64,000 nt of DNA from Octopus bimaculoides. Lineage: Eukaryota. Within the stretch, counting starts at the first letter, position 1. Every line of letters begins with the position of its first letter. The DNA lies in the NCBI RefSeq assembly GCF_001194135.2, contig NC_068985.1, forward strand, positions 85,846,896 through 85,910,895, written 5' to 3'. The notes under the pieces were generated by a model. That model had not been told where the DNA came from, did no database searches, and saw nothing but the letters and a program-made list of their open reading frames with translations. Made by a program: the position numbers and the translations under genes. Positions 54,811 to 64,000 of the stretch are shown one piece after another.

Positions 54811-55890
54811 AATATAAGATACGAAATATAAAAGATATATATATGTATATATATGCAGACACATTTTCTAATCTCTCTACAGGTTTATTATGCTCTCCAC
54901 TCTTTCTGTTCAGCCACTTATACTGTCCTTCCTTCTGAGTCACTCCTATTTCTAGCACATTCTCATCCCATTCTGATATTTACCATCAAACACACCTCCA
55001 TCCTTGTTCACCATTCACCTCTACCCCCATCTCTAACCCTTCTTTATTCTCCTTCCATACTCTTATGTACTTATCCCCCCCCCTACAACCCTTCCTGATC
55101 CTCTCTTTCTATTCTCTCTTCAACTCATCTTTTTGTACTTTCAGAATATGCTCCGACACCACCACCAAAATCTTCATCTTCCTTCCAACTCCTCCCACCC
55201 ACATATAATGCGGAATAGCCTTGGACCTCCTCTAAAGCAAGGTGTCTGTGCATGTCCTTCTCCCATACTTTAACCTCTCGACACTTGCCATAAGGACATT
55301 TCCAATTTGACGAGAGATTTTTCTCTTTGCTTTGCAGGTTACTTGGTGACCTCAGTAGTGTTAGTGCCACATAAAAAGCACCCTGTACACACTGCCAAGT
55401 GGTTGGCATTAGGAATGGCATCCAGCTATAGAAATGATGTCAAAGCAGACACTGGAGCTCATTGCTGGCCTCCAGCTTGATGGATCCTGTCTAGCTGTTT
55501 AATCAATTCTAAACTGGAAGAAGGACACCACTCACACACAGACACACCACTCACACCACACACATTACACACACAAATCCCATTAAACATAGTATCTGTG
55601 TAGGCTGTGGATTTCATTCTGGACTGGTCTGCATGTTGTGTCCTTGAGCAAGATATTTCATTTCCTAATGTTCCGTTCTATTTAGCTGTAAGAAGTACCA
55701 GACAATTCTACCCCCATCCAGCTGTCCCATGGGAGAGCCAAAAGGGTGTGTTTCAGCCTGCTTTTGACAAAACAATCAGCAGAAGCTATCAAGTCATACT
55801 CATTCATGAAGGACATCAATGCTATGGGTTTATCTCTCTCCCACTCATTCATGTTTTCAATCATGCCTATGACTTAGTGTAATATATTTT

Positions 55891-55937
<47 letters not shown>

Positions 55938-56849
55938 ACATTTGGACAGACAGACAGACAGTCATTCAGACAGTCAGTCAATCATTCACACAGTCAAGCA
56001 GACAGTCAGACAGACAGATGTACTATACATGAATGTTTGTTAGATTATTGTTTTAGTAGTGTGAAATGTATAATGTGTAATATTTGATGAGGCTCACTCC
56101 CTGCAATATAAACAAAAGGGTTTCCCATACCAGATGAAGAGAGTAACCCTTGTTTGGATTATTATAGACAGGCTCTTCCTCTGCCTCCAAAGGGTTTTCA
56201 TGAGATGGGGTTCAGCTCTGGATTCGTGATGTGAAACTATTGAGCAACAGACCTTCCACTGAATAGAAGTAGGCATATTACACCAAACATTTTCATCTAA
56301 TTACCATCTATTTCTGATGACTAGGTGGACTGTGACAGGGTAGATTAAGTACAACCCAGAAGTATTACGACAGTTAAATGTACAATAATGAAGAAGTCTT
56401 TATGTGTCTAACAGAGTTAAAACTTTACATTTGAGTTGAGAGACTACAAGATCTGCTGAGAGGAGATGAGAGATAAAAAAAAGTTGACTATTTTAAGCAT
56501 TTATGAAGATGAAAAGGAAAATGCATTAATTGTGCATTATAGAAATAATTTAATATTTGGTATATTTTAATCATATTATTAAATGAGGATTTATTAAAAA
56601 ACAAAACAAAAATTGAACCATTTTATTCAAAGTAGGATGAGATCAAATTTACATCCAAGAACTAACACATATGCACACACATATACATACACACATGTAC
56701 GTATGTATATATACACTGACAAATACATATATCTATGCAGGCACATACACACACATGCACACACACACACACACACACATACACACACAAGTAATACATA
56801 TATATACACATACAAACATACACTTACAGAAACGTGCATATACATATGC

Positions 56850-56896
<47 letters not shown>

Positions 56897-57001
56897 GACA
56901 TACACGTAAGCACACATGTAAACACACATGTATGCATACATCTACACATTAACACTTCCGTACATGTCATATACACACTGATCATGCAGTTTTATGATCA
57001 G

Positions 57002-57256
57002 CAAACTGTTGAATTAGATTTTTCGATCCCACAGTTGTTTGATGGTAACCTTGTGACTTTCTCTTTACTTTGTAGAACTGGTGCTTCTATTGCCAGATTT
57101 TTCACATTAACCTGGTAATATTCTGTTTGAGTCTGTCTGTAGAATTGGTAGTTTATATCAAGGCATTGTCCATTAAATCTAGTGATGTTCTCTCTTCAAA
57201 CTGTGGAATAGCTGGTTTATCATCGTTCAGTTGTTTGACATCAACCTGGTGACTTT
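57002..57256. repeat. Ancient degenerate tandem repeat, about 4 units of 62-67 nt
   Basis: Minus-strand units start aaagtcaccaggttgatgtcaaacaactg, aatattaccaggttaatgtg and aaagtcacaaggttaccatcaaacaactg. Confidence 0.55.
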
Positions 57257-58155
57257 CCATTCATCTGGGCTACACTGACATGGCGTTGAATTACCGCAGA
57301 AGAATGGAAAAGCCTTCAGACTGTGATAGTTCTGCAATTCACCTTATTCTAATAAAAGACAAATTCTATGAACAAATCTCCACACCTTTAAAATTATAAC
57401 AACGATTAAAAAAGAAAAAAATAATTATAATATAATGACAATATTATAAATGATAGTTATTATTCTCATTACATATCGAAATGATGATGATGATGATGAT
57501 GATGATGACAATCACAAAGACCATTGTTTTTGTTGTTGTTTAGCCTTAGATGAGCCTTGATCTAGAAGAACTTTGATCAAAGGCTTTTCAATCGTGACCA
57601 TTCCTTCTGCTTTGTGGGGGATAAGATTGCACTGTTGATTATGTCTCATCCATATTTCTGAAATGTGATGTGAGAGAAGTTTGGCTGCTATTTCATGCAT
57701 ATCAAACGACCATGTAGAGATTTCCCTCACTGAAGTATAACAATGAAATTCCTATTACTTTGTAGCATAAATCTTGGATTAAACTCAACTGCATCGTTAC
57801 AGAATTCTTTTAAATAAATTTGATGTTTGTATAATTATTAAGCAGTTGATATGCATGGCCAGACATATTTTGGAGAATATTGAGAAATGGAGAGTACAAC
57901 TTGTATGAGTGACATTCATATACAATTATCACATAATGTCAAGACAAGGAGACACATTAATGCACTCATATACATCTATACACATACATTGATTTGGGGA
58001 TATAAACAAGAAACTAGAACTCAAAATATGAGTATGAGTAGGTTTCTTTTTAACAATTGATAGAAATTATAGAGTGACTCAAAAGCTGTTAGTTTCATTC
58101 ATTGGCACATATGAAAGTAATATTATTAATAAAAAAACATACATGTGTATGTAAA

Positions 58156-58189
<34 letters not shown>

Positions 58190-60705
58190 ATNNNNNNNNN
58201 NNNNNNNNNNNNNNNNNNNNNNNNNNNNNNNNNNNNNNNNNNNNNNNNNNNNNNNNNNNNNNNNNNNNNNNNNNNNNNNNNNNNNNNNNNNNNNNNNNNN
58301 NNNNNNNNNNNNNNNNNNNNNNNNNNNNNNNNNNNNNNNNNNNNNNNNNNNNNNNNNNNNNNNNNNNNNNNNNNNNNNNNNNNNNNNNNNNNNNNNNNNN
58401 NNNNNNNNNNNNNNNNNNNNNNNNNNNNNNNNNNNNNNNNNNNNNNNNNNNNNNNNNNNNNNNNNNNNNNNNNNNNNNNNNNNNNNNNNNNNNNNNNNNN
58501 NNNNNNNNNNNNNNNNNNNNNNNNNNNNNNNNNNNNNNNNNNNNNNNNNNNNNNNNNNNNNNNNNNNNNNNNNNNNNNNNNNNNNNNNNNNNNNNNNNNN
58601 NNNNNNNNNNNNNNNNNNNNNNNNNNNNNNNNNNNNNNNNNNNNNNNNNNNNNNNNNNNNNNNNNNNNNNNNNNNNNNNNNNNNNNNNNNNNNNNNNNNN
58701 NNNNNNNNNNNNNNNNNNNNNNNNNNNNAATTATTGTTTAAATTAACTAATAATAATCTTCTATATTTATTGTTTTCTCGGAGGGATAATTCCATATTAG
58801 ATATGAATAGAAACCAAATAAAATTTTTTTTCCTTGTTTACTTAGTTTATCGTAGGGAGAATTCCATAATAGACATTAATATAGGTTTAAAGCTGTAAAT
58901 GTGATAACCAAAATGCCCTGTATATATATATATATATATATATATATTTAGGTTATAGTAATGGAAATCAAATTTACTAATTTTTTAGGGGTAACCAGAT
59001 TTGAAGTTACTTAAATAATGATTGTTATTCATATATTATGGAAGGGAGAATTTAGTGAATCAATAGAACTCATTAATATAAACCAAACAAGTAATAAGAA
59101 CTGTTCTCGATGAACTAATCAATATTATTATTTACAAAATGAGGGACCATATATAGTGCATATCCAAACTCTATCAATACTTTCAGAAGTAACAAACAAT
59201 ATCGTTGTAATAAGAATACAATTTAGAAACTATACAATACTATAATAATATTATGCAATACTATAATAATAATTTTGGTGACAAGGGACTATCTTGGACA
59301 TGAAAGGGTTTCAATTGGTATGTGTTTGAGATGTAATGAATTGAATTTCAATGGTTCTGGATTGCACTTACCTGGTTGTATCATCCGTTAGTGTTTTTGT
59401 TTTTTAATTGTAATTGATGTATGATTGAATAGTTAACACTCATTCTCATAATAAATAGACATATGAATTAATTTTTACAATCCAGCCATCTTTTCACATG
59501 GAATTCCATCCATCTTTAAACCATGACCCTGAAGTGACTTATATATAAGGCAACTGCTATTGTGTATGTTTATCAGAAAATGTATATAAGTTGAAACAAT
59601 TTGTTGGCCTTTAATGTCTTTTTTTAAATAATTGTTTATGTTACATTATATTCAAAGTATATCATGTAATATCATAATATAAATAAAATTATTTGATTGT
59701 CAATAGTATCTATTTAATTTATCTTCATATATATATATATATATATGTCAATCCCTATATATTTATGATTATAAATGTTTTTTACCGAAAAGGTTTTTTC
59801 ATACTGAGCTACCTGGCAAAATTGTTAATTATTAATTTTATTAATAATTGACGATTCCCTGCCCTGCATATCTATATCTATATATATATATATATATATA
59901 CACACACATAGACAATAAGGGCTAGCTAGATATACTCAGCATAGAAAACATGTAGTTGAGCTCAAATGAATTTGAATTTAGACTACAGTGGAATTGAACA
60001 CAAAACCATGTGGCTGGAGAGCAGATAACTTAACTATGCAGCCTGCATCTATTATGTCTTTGTGAGAAATATTTATTGCTTTTATTTCGAGAATTTGCAG
60101 GTGGTTTGAGTATATTAAGTGACAGTATTTGTCATGGTTTAATGTCACAAGATTCACTACAACTTCAAAACAAAGCTGACTTTTCTAATGTAATACTGAC
60201 AATGATTACAGAAGCAAAAATAAATAAATAATAAAAAAATAATTAATGACTTTTATTTCTAATATATAATGAACACAAAGAAAATGTTATGTTCTACAGT
60301 AGCTACAACAATATGCAAGAGAGGGGAAATGGCTGTTATTATCAATATTACAGGAGACTAAATAAATAAGTTATAAAACTGTTTAGCTTTGAGTTCACAT
60401 CCTATAGCTCTTCCATATTCCACCTTTCACTTCTGAGCACAACATTATAGCACATGAACCAATTATAGAGCCTTTATGCATATCAGGGTCTTGTGTAATC
60501 TTAGCTCTATAATATACATACAAGTGTAGATCATAGTTATTCCATGTTATTAATAGTTTCAAGAATCACTCAAAGGTCTGGTTGCTGTACTGCATGCACC
60601 ATTTACTGCAGGAATGACTGTCACTTTTGTCTAACATAATCTCTTCATCTCTCTCTGGCGAGGTCATGATATTTCTCAATTTCTTTGGTATCTTAGCATT
60701 ACTAT

Positions 60706-60706
<1 letters not shown>

Positions 60707-60785
<79 letters not shown>

Positions 60786-61250
60786 AATTTTACTTCTCAG
60801 AGCTCTTGGTCTTACTTGTTCTGGTTGATTCTGTGAGTGTGGATTGCAACCTGTTGTCAGATGTATTGCAGGGTCACTTTTTGCAAGCTATAAGACTTGG
60901 TACCTGGATATCAAGCATTGTGGAAGACACTCAATACCCAAGCACCAATCTCAAAATCCTAGCGGCCCCCAACAGAGCAGTTTTTGGGGGGCATGCTCTG
61001 TCTTCATGTCTACTCAAAAACTAACATTTCATGACAATTGTATTCATTGTCTTTGTCCATTTTGTTCTGGCAGCCATTTAATGATGACTGGGCCTGTGCT
61101 GCTTACCCACAGGGTACCTGCCAGGTAAAAGTTCATTCCTTGTAGTTCCGTCTTCATCTATGCTGTCGTTTGTAATTCCTTTATCCATTTTACTCTCATG
61201 CAGAGGAAAGTGATGGTAAGGTGTCACAGCCACCAGTAATTTTATTGAAA
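60707..61250 (-). mobile_element. Internally deleted Dong/R4-type element ending in an (AGT)n tract (60707-60785)
   Basis: Minus-strand MAARTKWTKTMNTIVMKC (N-terminal-like) is joined almost directly to KTALLGAARILRLVLG (C-terminal), followed by a 3' UTR and the microsatellite. Confidence 0.7.
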
Positions 61251-61303
61251 CACTATCTCTAGAGGGGTTGTTTGTCTTAAAGGACTCAAAGGGGCCCCTC
61301 TAT

Positions 61304-61341
<38 letters not shown>

Positions 61342-62127
61342 ATACAGCTACTTGCTTTTGGATGGACCAAATCCCTGGCACAGGTTTACTGCTTCTTTGA
61401 TCAATAAAATAAGTGTCAGTAAAGTACCAGGGTCAAAAGAGTTGACTCTCTCTCATCCACCCAACAAGTTGGAGGTATTATGTCTTCCTATCTCAAGATT
61501 TTTCCATTTTTTCAAGGAGACAGAAAGGTGTTTTTCTGAGGTTTTGCCATGGAAGGAGAAAGACAAAGTGTCAACTCTTGCCTCATCCAATGAAGAGAAT
61601 TGAATCCATTTGCTTTGAATGGAAACAGAAAGAGGGAGGGAGAGAGAGAGAGGGAGAGGGAGAGGGAGAGGAGACAAAGGGAACAGACAAAGAAAAAGCC
61701 AAAGAAATTCCATAATTATTTATGAAAACAAATATCAATTTGAAAAATATTAAGTAGAAATTAAACAATTGAAATTAATAAATGGTATTAATTGAAGTAG
61801 TTTTTTTTTGTTATTGTTGTTTTGCTTCAATTTCTGCCATTATTGTACAAAGTTAAATGGTTTACATTTAATTAACAAAAACTATATTATCTTCAATTAG
61901 TATCTTCACCAATCTCCAATAATATCAGAGAGTTTTTTTTTTTAGATATATCTCACTTATATATTCAAAAATAGTCATCATCATTATTATTTTGAGATAT
62001 ATATTCATATATCTTCATTGTTCAAAATTTAACCACAGTATATAACTTGTCAAAGAAATTTTTCAAAGTGATATAAGTTTTAAAAGATATGCACACATGT
62101 GAGTTTGAAAACATGCAGACACACGCG

Positions 62128-62181
<54 letters not shown>

Positions 62182-62410
62182 TAGTATACATCATCATTGT
62201 CTTTCAACATCTATCTTCTATGATAATATAGATAGGATAGATGCATCATGCTTCAAAGTCTACTTTGACATGGTTTCTATGGTTGATGCTCTTCCTAATG
62301 CTAAATACTTCACAGAGTATCCTGGGTGGGTTTCTGTGAAACCAGCACTACTGAGGTCACTATATATATGTGTGTGCATATATGCACACACACATGTGCA
62401 TGTATATACA

Positions 62411-62443
<33 letters not shown>

Positions 62444-62673
62444 GTATATAGGAATATATGTGTTTTTGAGTGTGTTTATATATATATATATATATAATAC
62501 TTATAATATCATTCCATAGGCATCAGCATTAACTTCCTCACTCCTGATACCTGTATTTTTTCAAAATGTAATTTTCTCAAATAAAGTGCACTTCATATTC
62601 AAGGCTCTGATGAAGCTATAGGACGTTACCCAGGAACTCAACTAAGAATCTGCTATCGTTTGTTTAACATTCT

Positions 62674-63041
62674 GTTTTAACATTCTAGTTCACTTCCGCT
62701 GTTTACAGCAGTGCTTGGAAGGAAGGTGTGTAACATGTGATTGTTGCATGCATTGACCATGACAGAGGAAGTTGTCATGGTGATACCTGCTCAGAAGTTA
62801 ACGCAAAGTTGCAGAAAGTGTATGGACAGGAGTGTATGAACCACACACAAGCGTACGAGTGGTTCAGACGTTTCTAAAATGGCCGAAAAAATGTTGATAT
62901 TGACGAACGTTCTGGGCAACCCACAACCAGCAAGACTGAGAAAAACATTGTAGATGTGCATGTAGCTATCAGGGGAAATCGCTACACACCTTCCTTCCAA
63001 GCACTGCTGTAAACAACAGAAGTGAGTTACAATGTTAAAAC
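62674..63041 (+). mobile_element. Mariner transposase N-terminal fragment flanked by ~59-bp inverted repeats
   Basis: LQKVYGQECMNHTQAYEWFRRF*NGRKNVDIDERSGQPTTSKTEKNI is a mariner HTH region. Arms lie at 62674-62732 and 62983-63041. Confidence 0.85.
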
Positions 63042-64000
63042 TTAGTGCACATGCAAAGCAGAGTTTAAGGTTACTCTGTGCCAATTGGCCTTACTCTGCA
63101 TGCTTTAGTTTCATTACTTTGGCAACAATCCAGATATATATGCATGTGTGTGTGTGTGTATCCTTTGACTGTGTTGCTGCAAAAACATGTTTGACCTAAC
63201 AGTAAACAAAGGTCAAAGAATGAAAACAAAACAATGGAATTATTTTCGCTCTCCATTTGTAGACACTAACAACTGGAATCTATTTGGAATTGCTGATTCT
63301 TAGTTCCATCATCAATGCTTAAAACAAATTCTTTTATTAAGTACCTTTGTATGGGAGAACATTTTTGATTTTTTATGGAATTAATTCCATACCTTTTAGC
63401 TAAATCAACCAAGGACATGCTGTATGAACTTTGGACTATTTATTTAAATATCTTGCTTTAAAAAAATACAAACATTTTGAAAATATTTAAAAGATCATTT
63501 TAAATTTTGTTTTTCAAATATGTTTAAAATTTTCTAGATTTAATAATTTCCGAATGATGATGATGATGATGAAGTTAACAGACTGGTTACCAAAGCAACG
63601 TATTAAGAAAGCAATGTAATCATGTGATCTGCAAAAAAATAGCAATTGACTTCTCCTCAAATCTCATCCTGCTGTTTCGTGAAAGGGAGTCTGGCTAATG
63701 TAGTCCTAGATACACAATGACACAATCTTCGGTGGAAGCCTTAATTCATCCCCTATTTAAAAGCCCCACCTGATCCTTGGGTGCCTTCAGCAAATTGTCA
63801 CAATTCTGTCACAATTATTGGTCTGAAAATAATCTTCTTTCATCCTTTAGTCAGTTTCAGAGGCCTGAAAAAAGGGTTTTAGAGGAAATCCTTTCCCCTT
63901 TTGATTAAAATAAATTAATCAATTAATCGGGCAAATTCATTTGACAAATGAGTATCACCGAATTAATTGGTGTCTTGATATGTTGGCACAACAATGACGA

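Larger units (their letters stand above)
3732..58728. other. Eight assembly gaps: 3732-4165, 16336-16479, 18694-19402, 22739-22995, 32365-32407, 46556-46654, 48601-49257, 58192-58728
   Basis: N runs, mostly bounded by (TA)n or other simple repeats. Confidence 0.99.

Noticed and set aside
3617-58795. Long ORFs spanning N runs, and YIYI, HTHT, poly-I, poly-M and poly-N ORFs
   Set aside because: They are artefacts of assembly gaps and di-/trinucleotide microsatellites.
62605-62640. CTGATGA hammerhead-like starts here, at about 14768 and in the 43.5-kb arm
   Set aside because: No correctly placed GAAA or complementary stem I is present.
63770-63822. Minus-strand exon-like segment with tttcag acceptor
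   Set aside because: It is 53 nt with stops in all three frames and a weak donor.

Overview
This is AT-rich, microsatellite-saturated animal genomic DNA with 8 N-gaps, most of them flanked by (TA)n or other simple repeats. The repeat content (several very abundant tRNA-headed and RTE-tailed SINE families, RTE LINEs, long (CAT)n/(AAT)n/(CA)n tracts) resembles what I recall of octopus/coleoid cephalopod genomes; that assignment is recognition-based inference. No intact protein-coding gene is present. Nearly all ORFs in the supplied track are translations of microsatellites, N-gaps or decayed transposons. The window reads as one very large intron or intergenic stretch, with one credible minus-strand 60-nt exon (4956-5015). 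Identifiable elements are decayed RTE-clade LINEs, a CR1/L2-like LINE, two Dong/R4-type restriction-like-endonuclease retrotransposon remnants, a mariner fragment, MITEs of three DNA-transposon superfamilies (Tc1/mariner, hAT, piggyBac) and a Penelope-type repeat carrying a minimal hammerhead ribozyme fold. The two most notable structures are that hammerhead, which has a variant core, and a locally duplicated inverted LINE pair (43441-47540) with a near-identical tract suggesting gene conversion and a possible long dsRNA/ADAR substrate. I cannot support a wholly new multi-gene system from this sequence.
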